Source: Candidatus Parcubacteria bacterium (GTDB lineage Bacteria > Patescibacteriota > Minisyncoccia > Sungbacterales > SURF-37). Taken from it: 64,000 bases of DNA. Both the position numbers and the translations under genes were made by a program. Where the stretch lies: positions 22,140 to 86,139 of the forward strand of contig QZJO01000009.1 in NCBI GenBank assembly GCA_003599755.1, written 5' to 3'. The notes below the pieces were generated by a model. It saw only the letters and a program-made list of their open reading frames with translations, did not search any database and was not told the DNA's origin. Positions 49,506 to 57,812 of the stretch are shown here, one piece after another. How positions within the stretch are numbered: position 1 is the stretch's first letter; every line of letters starts with the position of its first letter.

Positions 49506-49588
49506 TGCGCAGGGCAGGATTCGAACCTGCGTAGCCGTAAGGCGCCAGATTTACAGTCTGGTGTAATTGACCGCTCTACCACCTGCGC
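49506..49588 (-). tRNA. tRNA-Tyr (anticodon GUA), class II with long variable arm
   Basis: The reverse complement folds as acceptor GCGCAGG/CCTGCGC, anticodon stem-loop CCAGA-CTGTAAA-TCTGG, a 14-nt variable arm, and T arm GCAGG-TTCGAAT-CCTGC. Confidence 0.85.
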
Positions 49589-49741
49589 AAATTACTTCGT
49601 AATTTCGGCATGCTGCCGAGTCAATTACACCATGCCTTCGGCATATGTAATTGTTCCCAGGCATCCTACTGCGTCTGCCCTGTGCTGTAGCTTCGAGCGT
49701 ACTCGTAATGCCCGTTCAAAGCAAAGCCCTTTGCTTTGAAC

Positions 49742-49760
49742 CCGCTCTACCACCTGCGCG
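49742..49760 (-). repeat. Duplicated 5' fragment (19 nt) of tRNA-Tyr
   Basis: CCGCTCTACCACCTGCGC[G] repeats the acceptor 5' strand and D-arm start of tRNA-Tyr. It lies about 150 nt upstream of the intact gene. Confidence 0.6.
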
Positions 49761-49803
49761 AATAACTCCGTAATTACCGTACCTGATTTTCCCGCGCTTT
49801 CGA

Positions 49804-49875
49804 AGCCACCTCTCGGATTTGAACCGAGGACCTACTGTTTACAAAACAGTTGCTCTGCCGCTGAGCTAAGGTGGC
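49804..49875 (-). tRNA. tRNA-Thr (anticodon UGU)
   Basis: Reverse complement GCCACCTTAGCTCAGCGGCAGAGCAACTGTTTTGTAAACAGTAGGTCCTCGGTTCAAATCCGAGAGGTGGCT folds as a 72-nt cloverleaf. Confidence 0.85.
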
Positions 49876-49922
49876 AACGAAAGGGCGGGACTGCTCTGCC
49901 GGCAGAAGAGTCTGCCGCGTTG

Positions 49923-50573
49923 CTACGCGATCGATATATCGCTCTCGCTGACGGCCGCTGTTTTTTTCTTCGACATGCGGCGGGGCTTCGGATTCGCTGC
50001 ATCAGCGTCCCCCATTCCGGACGCCGAGCGAACGCGCAATCGTTTCGGGCGCGCGATCACGGTTGATTGCAATGTTCTCTCGATACGACTCGGGACGAGT
50101 ACGGATACGGCTTCGGCAGCGGCGGCTTCAACCGGCGGCGCGATCGGCGAAATCGCGACTTCGGCCCGCGCCGATTTCGGCTCGGCCGGCGCATCGGATA
50201 CGAGCCGCGTATCGGTTTTGAACCCTTTCAGATTCTCCCAGTAACGCTGCCGCTCTTCCGCAAAGTCGCGGCTTTTGGCTTCCAAGATCGACGCAAGATG
50301 ATATACGGAGCGCTCCATGCGGAGTAGGCGCACGCGGATCAAATTGAGCGCCCAGAGTGCCGTCGTATACCAAAGATCATAGTAGCGCTGCTCGCGGAAG
50401 AACCGCGCGACCGCTTCCACGAGGCGCTTGAGGCGGCTCGGGCGCGTGACGAAACTTTCCTCAATCAATTGCTGCGGCACCTGCAAGAGCAGCGGGATCT
50501 TGCGCCACACGAGGACGCCCGCACCGCCGAAGCTCGCCAGGAATACCGCGAGCAGAGTCAGATCGAGAGCCAT
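49923..50573 (-). CDS. Hypothetical N-terminally anchored protein (216 aa)
   Basis: N-terminal TM helix, a basic/helical middle and a Pro/Ala-rich C-terminus. Confidence 0.45.
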   Translation of the reverse strand: MALDLTLLAVFLASFGGAGVLVWRKIPLLLQVPQQLIEESFVTRPSRLKRLVEAVARFFREQRYYDLWYTTALWALNLIRVRLLRMERSVYHLASILEAKSRDFAEERQRYWENLKGFKTDTRLVSDAPAEPKSARAEVAISPIAPPVEAAAAEAVSVLVPSRIERTLQSTVIARPKRLRVRSASGMGDADAANPKPRRMSKKKTAAVSESDISIA

Positions 50574-50585
50574 AAAAGCGTTGGG

Positions 50586-51029
50586 TTAGAGTTCGAACCG
50601 GGTGAAATTCCCGATCTGGATATTCTCGCCGAACGTGCCGATCGCCTCCTTTACCAATTCACCGATGCGGCGGGACGGATTGCGCACGAATTCTTGTTCT
50701 TCAAGCTCTGCCCGGTCCTGCGGCGCCATGGCCGCGATATGAAGCGCTAGGTCATGGGCGAGTTCCTTGAATTTGGGATTGCGCGCCACGAAGTCGGTTT
50801 CGCACTGGAGCTCGATCATCGCGCCGATCCTCCCGTTTTGGTGGATATAGGCGTCCACGAGGCCGGCTTTGACTTCTCGGGCGGCCTTCTTCTCGGCGAT
50901 CGCGCCGAGCTTGGTTTTAAGGATATCACGGGCGCGCTCGAGGTTATCCCCGCTCTCGGCCAGGGCCGCGCGGATCTCACCGATAGAGGCACCCGTCTCC
51001 TCCCGGAGCTGCTTCAACGCTTCAATCAT
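50586..51029 (-). CDS. tsf: Elongation factor Ts, short form
   Basis: N-terminal UBA-like (IGEIRAALAESGDNLERARDIL) and EF-Ts core. 147 aa. Overlaps the rpsB stop. Confidence 0.85.
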   Translation of the reverse strand: MIEALKQLREETGASIGEIRAALAESGDNLERARDILKTKLGAIAEKKAAREVKAGLVDAYIHQNGRIGAMIELQCETDFVARNPKFKELAHDLALHIAAMAPQDRAELEEQEFVRNPSRRIGELVKEAIGTFGENIQIGNFTRFEL

Positions 51030-51862
51030 ACACGCGGTTTACCCTGAGCGGCGTCGAGGGATGCCGTGCCATTGGCCGCTGCGCCGGCCCCGAGCGGCGT
51101 CGAGGGGGTCGGGGCTGTTTCTTGGTTGCGAGCCGCCTCGGCGCCTTCGGCAAAGGCGCCGCGCATGCGGCCGAGCAGATACTGGAGCGATGGCCGGGCG
51201 TCGTCATTGGCCGGGATGGGATAGGTCACCATGCGCGGATCGGTGTTCGTGTCAGTGAGCGCCACGACCGGGATCTTCATGCGGCGCGCCTCGCGCAGCG
51301 CCGATGCATCATGGGCGATGTCGATGATCACCATGAGGTCGGGCATCTTCGTCAAACGGCGAAGGCCGTTGAAGTTCTGGTTCAGGCGGGCGATTTCTTT
51401 TTCTTTTTCCAGCTGCTCTTTCTTGGTGTATTTTTCGAAGCCGCCGGTCGCGCGCTCTTGCTCGAGTCCCTCCATGGTCTCCACGCGCTTGCGGACCACC
51501 TTGAAATTTGTCAGCGTGCCGCCGATCCAACGCTCGGTCACCGCGGGGTAGCCAAGCTGGATAGCCATGTCGCTGACCAGCGCGCGCGACGAAGGCCGCG
51601 TGCCCACGAGGAGCACGAGCTTCTTGGCCGCGGCCGCTTGCTTGAGCACGGCCAGGGCATGGTCCAGAAGTTCCTTAGTTTTAGTCAGGTCAATGATCTC
51701 GACGTTATTCCGGACACCCCAAAGATACGGCATCATGCCGGGATTGCGCCGGGACCGGCTGTGGCCCAGGTGCACCCCTGCGGCCATCATGTCTTCAATC
51801 TCAGGATCCACCGGGGTGTTGATCTCGGCGGGATTCAGCTTTTCCGATTGGGCGGTCGTCAT
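51026..51862 (-). CDS. rpsB: 30S ribosomal protein S2
   Basis: MMAAGVHLGHSRSRRNPGMMPY...IIDLTKT matches the S2 N-terminus, with a C-terminal low-complexity extension. The start is Met17 of the long ORF. Confidence 0.85.
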   Translation of the reverse strand: MTTAQSEKLNPAEINTPVDPEIEDMMAAGVHLGHSRSRRNPGMMPYLWGVRNNVEIIDLTKTKELLDHALAVLKQAAAAKKLVLLVGTRPSSRALVSDMAIQLGYPAVTERWIGGTLTNFKVVRKRVETMEGLEQERATGGFEKYTKKEQLEKEKEIARLNQNFNGLRRLTKMPDLMVIIDIAHDASALREARRMKIPVVALTDTNTDPRMVTYPIPANDDARPSLQYLLGRMRGAFAEGAEAARNQETAPTPSTPLGAGAAANGTASLDAAQGKPRV

Positions 51863-52025
51863 ACTGAACGAGCATAGCACCTTGCGGCCCGGGAGGCAAT
51901 ATGCTAGCATTCATCCCGTTACAGCCGCTTCGGCCGGTTTGAGCCGGCACGGCGCGCGTAAAGATGCCTGATCCCGGCTTCCTGAAATTTACATCGTGTT
52001 TTGCGGCGGTAACGGGATTCATATA

Positions 52026-52235
52026 ATGAAGACCGACATTCACCCGACATATCATCCCCAGGCCAAGGTTTCCTGCGCCTGCGGCAACACCTTTACCGTG
52101 GGCTCCGCCAAGGAGCGCCTGGAAGTTGAAATTTGTTCGAAATGCCACCCGTTCTACACGGGGGGCTCCAAAATCGTGGATACCGCGGGACGCGTGGAGA
52201 AGTTCCGCCAGCGCCTCGCCAAAAAGAAGAAATAA
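52026..52235 (+). CDS. rpmE: 50S ribosomal protein L31
   Basis: [10 protein letters not shown]...CACGNTF...[10 protein letters not shown] is the L31 zinc-ribbon. Confidence 0.85.
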   Translation: MKTDIHPTYHPQAKVSCACGNTFTVGSAKERLEVEICSKCHPFYTGGSKIVDTAGRVEKFRQRLAKKKK

Positions 52236-52286
52236 GGAACGACGAAATCCCGCCAGGGCGGATCTGGGCGGGATTTTGCTACTTTC

Positions 52287-53183
52287 ATGGCCAGTCGCGA
52301 CGAATTACTCGAACGCAAAGCCGAACTCGAACGCCAGCTTTCCGATCCGGCGGTGCTTTCCGATCCCGCAAAAATCAAAGCGGCAAGCATCGAATACGGC
52401 CGCGTCGAACACGAACTCCAGGCGCTCGAGCGCGGCGGCGGGACCGAAGGCCTCGGCGCCCGGCAGTTGATTCTCGAAATCCGCGCGGGCACGGGCGGCG
52501 ATGAAGCGGCCCTCTTTGCCGGCGAGCTTATGGGCATGTACGAGGCCTACGCCCGAAAGCGCGGCTGGGCCGTTACAACGGTGGATTCAAACCCGACGAC
52601 GCTCGGCGGCATCAAGGACGCAACGCTTGAGATCACCGGCAAAGACGCGTTCGACGTGTTCCAGCACGAAGCGGGCGTGCACCGGGTGCAGCGCATTCCG
52701 GCTACGGAAAAAACCGGGCGTATCCACACCTCGACCGCATCGGTCGCCGTACTGCCGATTGCCCAGGAATCGGACATCGAAATCAAGCCGCAGGATATCG
52801 AACTGGAATTTTCCCGCTCCGGCGGCGCGGGCGGCCAGAACGTGAACAAAGTGGAGACCGCGGTGCGCATCATCCACAAACCCACCGGCATTGCCGTGCG
52901 CTCGCAGGATTCGCGCTCCCAACAGAAGAACCGCGAAACAGCGATGATGATCCTCCGCTCGAAACTGCTCGAGATCCAAAAGAGTACTGCGGCGACTCAA
53001 ACCGCTGAAGCGCGGCGCGAACAGATCGGCAGTGCGGAGCGGTCGGAAAAAATCCGAACCTATAATTTCCCCCAAGACCGTATTACTGACCATCGCATCA
53101 AGAAAAGTTTCCACAATATCCCCGAGATCCTCGCCGGAAAGCTGGATCCGATCGTTGAAGCATTCCAAACGGCGGCACCCTAA
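52287..53183 (+). CDS. prfA: Peptide chain release factor 1, short form
   Basis: GGQ motif ([17 protein letters not shown]) and PAT tripeptide anticodon ([10 protein letters not shown]). Only 298 aa, with a reduced N-terminal domain. Confidence 0.8.
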   Translation: MASRDELLERKAELERQLSDPAVLSDPAKIKAASIEYGRVEHELQALERGGGTEGLGARQLILEIRAGTGGDEAALFAGELMGMYEAYARKRGWAVTTVDSNPTTLGGIKDATLEITGKDAFDVFQHEAGVHRVQRIPATEKTGRIHTSTASVAVLPIAQESDIEIKPQDIELEFSRSGGAGGQNVNKVETAVRIIHKPTGIAVRSQDSRSQQKNRETAMMILRSKLLEIQKSTAATQTAEARREQIGSAERSEKIRTYNFPQDRITDHRIKKSFHNIPEILAGKLDPIVEAFQTAAP

Positions 53184-53335
53184 ACCGCGCCTGACATAGT
53201 CAGGCGCGGTCGGGCGATCCGTCGGAGCGGGTTTAGCATAGCGAAGCGATCCTTGCCGGGAACATGGATCCGGTCGCCGAAAGCTTCTCGGAATCGGGAA
53301 ACGAACCCGCCGCGGCGGGTTTTGCATAGCCGGGA

Positions 53336-54784
53336 TTACGGATTGATTGCCCGCTCGATGTCCGCAGCCAAGGTCTGGATACGATTGGCGTATGCGATAC
53401 AGGCGCTCCGCGCCGCGCCGCTTGCGGGACAATTCGGCCGGCCGCTGATATAGGTGCGCGCCGCACGAATTTCGCCATCGCGCGTTTTCGAAGCCGCGCC
53501 GGATTCGGACAGAAACACGGCCGACGCGGTAAAGGCGTCCTCGATATTCCAAGGATTCGGCGGTTTATGGCCGGTAATAGTGCCGACTTTATCCGAGAAC
53601 AAAAGCCAGGTGGATGCGATGAACTGCGCCGGACCCATGGCGCCGCCGCAACCGTAGGACGGCCGCCGCGATACCGGCATTTGCGTGTCGGGATCAAGGC
53701 CGAGCCCTTCGGCGATTTTGAAAAACGCGCGCTTCTCCGCCTCAGCCACGGACGTGCGGCCGAAGCTGACGTAGCAGTCGTACATGTCGGTTTTCCAGTG
53801 GCCGGTGCCGAGATTCGTGCCCACGGTAATCACCCCGTTTTGGAATTGGCGACCGGTCTCGACTTCCAGAAGCGCCAAAAGAAACGCCGTACGGATGCCG
53901 GTGCGATTCGCGGCAAGCTGGGCATACTGCAGCGCTTCGGCCGCGCTGACGCCGGTGCGCTCCAAATAGTACAGCTGCTGCCGCAAGGCCTGAAGATCTT
54001 GTTTGCGCTGGGCAAGCAGCGTCTGGTACGCCGCTTCGCGGCCTTTGGTAATTTTGAGCAGTTGATCTTTCTCGGTGCGCTTGGCCTGAACCCCGCGCCG
54101 CTCCTGCTCGGAGATGGCTTTCAATTGCTGCTGTTCGGCGCGATAGTCCTCGAGCTCTACCTTTTGGAGCGCCAGCAATTCGCGGTTCTCGCGCAGACCC
54201 GAGACCAATTGGACGATTTGTCCTTGAAGATCACGCATGTTATCAAGCGCGATCAAAAAATCGGAGAGCGAATCGTTTTTCGCGAACGAAACGATCAAGC
54301 TCTCGCGCTCATAGGCATCGAGTGTTTGCAAATGCCGGCCCAAAAGATCGCGATTGGTATCGATGCGGCCGGTCAGATCGTCGATGCCCGCGATTTTGAC
54401 CTGGATATCGAGTTCCGCCTCGCGGATCTCGAGCGCCAAGCGCTGGATCTCGATCTCCCGGCGGCGGATCTCGGCGTCGAACGTGCGGATTTGCGACTGG
54501 AGCGTTCGCGCTTCGCCCTGCGCCTGGTCGATTTGCACGTCCAATACGGCCGCTTCTCGTTCGAGCGCTTCGATCTGCTGGCGGAGTGAATCGCGTTGGC
54601 CTTGACTGGGCGCATCCTGCGCACGCAACGGCACGGCAAACAAGAACGTCGCGCCGACGGCTGCGGCAAGCGCTCCGATGATGATCGCTTTTGTTGCGGC
54701 GCGGCCCGCCTGCCCTCCTCCGGCGGATGAACCGGCGGGTAGGCGGATGTCCGCTCGCCGTTGCATTCCCGACTGCATCGGCAT
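53336..54784 (-). CDS. Coiled-coil protein with a C-terminal MltB-type (SLT_2) lytic transglycosylase domain
   Basis: N-terminal anchor, ~280 aa of heptad-repeat coiled coil, then GCGGAMGPAQFIASTW (the MltB/SLT_2 signature). Confidence 0.7.
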   Translation of the reverse strand: MPMQSGMQRRADIRLPAGSSAGGGQAGRAATKAIIIGALAAAVGATFLFAVPLRAQDAPSQGQRDSLRQQIEALEREAAVLDVQIDQAQGEARTLQSQIRTFDAEIRRREIEIQRLALEIREAELDIQVKIAGIDDLTGRIDTNRDLLGRHLQTLDAYERESLIVSFAKNDSLSDFLIALDNMRDLQGQIVQLVSGLRENRELLALQKVELEDYRAEQQQLKAISEQERRGVQAKRTEKDQLLKITKGREAAYQTLLAQRKQDLQALRQQLYYLERTGVSAAEALQYAQLAANRTGIRTAFLLALLEVETGRQFQNGVITVGTNLGTGHWKTDMYDCYVSFGRTSVAEAEKRAFFKIAEGLGLDPDTQMPVSRRPSYGCGGAMGPAQFIASTWLLFSDKVGTITGHKPPNPWNIEDAFTASAVFLSESGAASKTRDGEIRAARTYISGRPNCPASGAARSACIAYANRIQTLAADIERAINP

Positions 54785-54799
54785 GGTATGCGGTTAGCG

Positions 54800-55480
54800 T
54801 TACGACCCTGCTTCTTCGGTAGCGGCCTCTTCGGCAGCTTTGGCCTCGGCTTTGATTTCTCGTTCGGTTTTGACTTCTTCCACGCCTTCGGCCGCTTCCG
54901 GCTTTGCCAGCTCTTCCAGTTCCGCTTCCGAGCGCGGCGCCTCGATCAGCGCGACCACTTCATCGGCATCGGCTTCGATCGTGACGCCCTGGGGCGCGGC
55001 AATATCGCGAACATGGATTTTCGCGCCGATAGCATTCAGCGCTTCGATGGAAATTTCGATCTCGTGCGGCAAGTCCTTGGGCAGCGCCGAGACCGGCAAT
55101 TCATGGATAACTTTGACCAAAATACCGCCTTCATTTTTCACCGCAGCCGACTCGCCCGTAAAGGCGAGCGGAATCTTGGCCTCGATGGGCTTGTCCATGC
55201 GCACGGCATAGAAATCAGCATGGATGGGCTTGAGCGTCAGCGGGTCCTTAGCGACGTCATGGATCAGCACGTTGAAGGTCTTGCCGCCTTCCACGGCAAT
55301 GCTGACCAAGCTCGTCTCCCCCGCCTCTTTGAGGGTCTTGCGGAATTCATCGAGGGAAACGGCAAGCGACATGGCCGGTACGTTCTCGCCATAGAGCACA
55401 ACCGGCAAAAACCCCTCACGGCGGAGGGATTGCACCTTTTTTCCCGTTATTTCGCGCGGTTTTGCTGCCAAAGTCGGCAT
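54800..55480 (-). CDS. rplY: 50S ribosomal protein L25 / general stress protein Ctc
   Basis: L25 beta-barrel N-domain plus Ctc-type C-domain and an acidic tail. The start is Met77 of the long ORF. Confidence 0.8.
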   Translation of the reverse strand: MPTLAAKPREITGKKVQSLRREGFLPVVLYGENVPAMSLAVSLDEFRKTLKEAGETSLVSIAVEGGKTFNVLIHDVAKDPLTLKPIHADFYAVRMDKPIEAKIPLAFTGESAAVKNEGGILVKVIHELPVSALPKDLPHEIEISIEALNAIGAKIHVRDIAAPQGVTIEADADEVVALIEAPRSEAELEELAKPEAAEGVEEVKTEREIKAEAKAAEEAATEEAGS

Positions 55481-55533
55481 AAAAAGCAATGTAGCATACA
55501 GAACCGGACTCGGCCAGAGCCCCGGGGATATCT

Positions 55534-56502
55534 CTAGCCCTTGACGATGTTGGGGGGCGTCTTGCCTTCTAGGGCGGCGATAATGTTCTCGGCCGCAATG
55601 CGGCTCATCTCCTGCCGGGCTTGATCCGTGGCCGAAGCGATATGCGGAGTCAGGATAACGGTATCCAGTTCCGTAAGGCCCGGCGTCAGTTTGGGCTCGA
55701 ACTCCCATACATCGAGCGCCGCGCCGCGGATGCGCTTAGCCCTCAGCGCGTCCAGGAGTGCGGCCTCATCCACCACTGGACCGCGCGACGTATTTACCAG
55801 ATACGCCGTCGGCTTCATGAGGGCGAGCCGCTCGGCGTTGATCAAATGCTTGGTCGTCGGCAAAAGCGGCACGTGAATGGATACGATATCCGCTTCGCGG
55901 AGCACGTCGTCCACGTTTGCCGAGAATACCGCGCCCGATTCTTTCTCGAATGCTTCGTTGCGGACGACATCGTAGTACAGGGTCGGCATCTCGAACCCGC
56001 GCGCATGAAACGCAACGCGCGATCCGATGCGGCCGAGGCCCACGATGCCCAGGGTCTTTCCCGAAATTTCCTGCCCGAGCAGCAGTTCCGGCTCCCAGCC
56101 CTGGTATTTGCCGGCGCGCGAAAAGCGGTCGGCTTCGGGGATGCGGTGCGCAATGGCCAGGATGAGCGCGAAAGCAAACTCGGCGACGGAATTGGTCAGC
56201 ACGCCCGGCGTATTGGTCACGAATATCGCGCGCTCGGCCGCGGCTTTGATGTCCACGTTATCGAAGCCGACCGCGTAGTTGGCGAAGATTTTGACTTGCT
56301 TGCCCGCCGCATCCATGACGTCGGCATCGATCTTGTCAGTCAGCAAGCACAGCACCGCATCGTAGCCGCCGGCTTTGAGTTTGGCGATAAGCTCCTCCTT
56401 GGTCAGAACTCGATCCTCGGAGCTGACCGTGACCTCGTGCCCCCTTTCTTGGAGCAGCTTGATGCCGCGATCCGGGATATTGCGCGTGATGAAAATTTTC
56501 AT
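55534..56502 (-). CDS. D-isomer-specific 2-hydroxyacid dehydrogenase (glyoxylate/hydroxypyruvate reductase-like)
   Basis: NAD-binding GxGxxG (GIVGLGRIG) and a catalytic Arg-Glu-His context. Confidence 0.8.
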   Translation of the reverse strand: MKIFITRNIPDRGIKLLQERGHEVTVSSEDRVLTKEELIAKLKAGGYDAVLCLLTDKIDADVMDAAGKQVKIFANYAVGFDNVDIKAAAERAIFVTNTPGVLTNSVAEFAFALILAIAHRIPEADRFSRAGKYQGWEPELLLGQEISGKTLGIVGLGRIGSRVAFHARGFEMPTLYYDVVRNEAFEKESGAVFSANVDDVLREADIVSIHVPLLPTTKHLINAERLALMKPTAYLVNTSRGPVVDEAALLDALRAKRIRGAALDVWEFEPKLTPGLTELDTVILTPHIASATDQARQEMSRIAAENIIAALEGKTPPNIVKG

Positions 56503-56514
56503 GGCATTTTATGA

Positions 56515-56901
56515 TTAGCGGCCGGAGCGACGCATGACCGCGCGGCCGATGTTTGTTATGGCATACAATGTCAGCGCCCATCCGACGAACAGGGCGGTGA
56601 GCTGAAATACGGAATTACTCGTCGCGAAGTTGGAAACGAGCGACCAATAGCGGATTCCGATCGCGCCGCCATAAATCGCGGCAGCCGCGAGGATAAGCCA
56701 AAACGCATGATACCACGCTAAACCCAAAAGCCCGATCGCGAAGCCCAAAAGCGCTCCGGCAGCCAAAAACCCATAGACGAACGCCGAGGCCCATCCCGCG
56801 CTTTCCAGGGGGATCAGCGCAAGCACCGCCAGTGCCGCGCCGGCCAAGATTACGGCCGTGCCGAGCGCAATGGTGATTGCGCGCTTCGATGAGTTAGTCA
56901 T
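56515..56901 (-). CDS. Hypothetical polytopic membrane protein (128 aa)
   Basis: Four TM helices. Overlaps the fba stop by 4 nt. Confidence 0.45.
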   Translation of the reverse strand: MTNSSKRAITIALGTAVILAGAALAVLALIPLESAGWASAFVYGFLAAGALLGFAIGLLGLAWYHAFWLILAAAAIYGGAIGIRYWSLVSNFATSNSVFQLTALFVGWALTLYAITNIGRAVMRRSGR

Positions 56902-57764
56902 ATGCGATCCATTGCTCCGAATAATTTCAGCTTTTCTTCGATCACTTTAGCCATAGTTTGCTCCGCTTCGCGATAAAGCTTGTACGGCGTCGTCTCGTCC
57001 GGATGCTCGGATAAATCCTGGCGCAGGCCCCGCACAAACGCCACTCGGAGTTCCGTATTGACGTGGATATTCGCGATGCCCGCCGCGATCGCCGCTTTGA
57101 TTTGATCCTCGGGAATGCCCGATCCGCCATGCAGCACGAGCGCCACCGATTCGGGCACGCGCGCGCGTACGGCGCGGATGCGCTCGATATCGAGCGCGGG
57201 CTCGTCCAGGGCGATGCCGTGCGAGTTGCCGACCGCCGGCGCAAGACGATCCACGCCCGTCTCGGCGACGAAATGCTCGGCCTGATCCGGGTCGGTCAGA
57301 TCTTCGGGTTTGATCTCGATTTTTTCCTTTTGCAATTTCGACTCGCCGCGTAAATACCCCAGCTCTCCTTCCACGACCACGCCGGCGTTTTTTGCGCGCG
57401 CGTAGATCACGACCTCTTTCGTACCGGCCAGATTCTCCGCGAACGGCTTTGCAGACAGATCGATGTGCACCGAATCGTACCCCGCGTCTACCGCCGCTTT
57501 GGCCGTCTCGACGGATTTGGAATGATCAGCATTGAGAAACACCGGAATGCCAAACTCATGGCGGAGTGCCGAACGCAGCGCCACGGCTTCGGCAAGTCCC
57601 ATGTGGTCGCGCTCGCCTTCGGAAGTGCCGATCATGGCCGGACTTTTGAGATCCCGGCATACGCGGCAAATCACCCGCATCTGCTCAAGATTCGACGCGT
57701 TGAAATGGCCGACGGCCCAGCCCTCGGTCCTCGCGCGCTTCAAAATATCGGATAGCGATTCCAT
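56898..57764 (-). CDS. fba: Class II fructose/tagatose-bisphosphate aldolase
   Basis: Metal-binding His motifs (LHGGSGIP, HVNTE) of class II aldolases. Confidence 0.8.
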   Translation of the reverse strand: MESLSDILKRARTEGWAVGHFNASNLEQMRVICRVCRDLKSPAMIGTSEGERDHMGLAEAVALRSALRHEFGIPVFLNADHSKSVETAKAAVDAGYDSVHIDLSAKPFAENLAGTKEVVIYARAKNAGVVVEGELGYLRGESKLQKEKIEIKPEDLTDPDQAEHFVAETGVDRLAPAVGNSHGIALDEPALDIERIRAVRARVPESVALVLHGGSGIPEDQIKAAIAAGIANIHVNTELRVAFVRGLRQDLSEHPDETTPYKLYREAEQTMAKVIEEKLKLFGAMDRI

Positions 57765-57780
57765 GCCGTAATTATAAAGC

Positions 57781-57805
57781 GCCCTCGCCGGAAGGGCGAG
57801 GGCGT
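57781..57805 (-). terminator. Hairpin downstream of the S8 peptidase gene
   Basis: CGCCCTCGCC-GGAA-GGGCGAGGGCG, followed by a T/A-rich stretch on the minus strand. Confidence 0.45.
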
Positions 57806-57812
57806 TTCGGGG

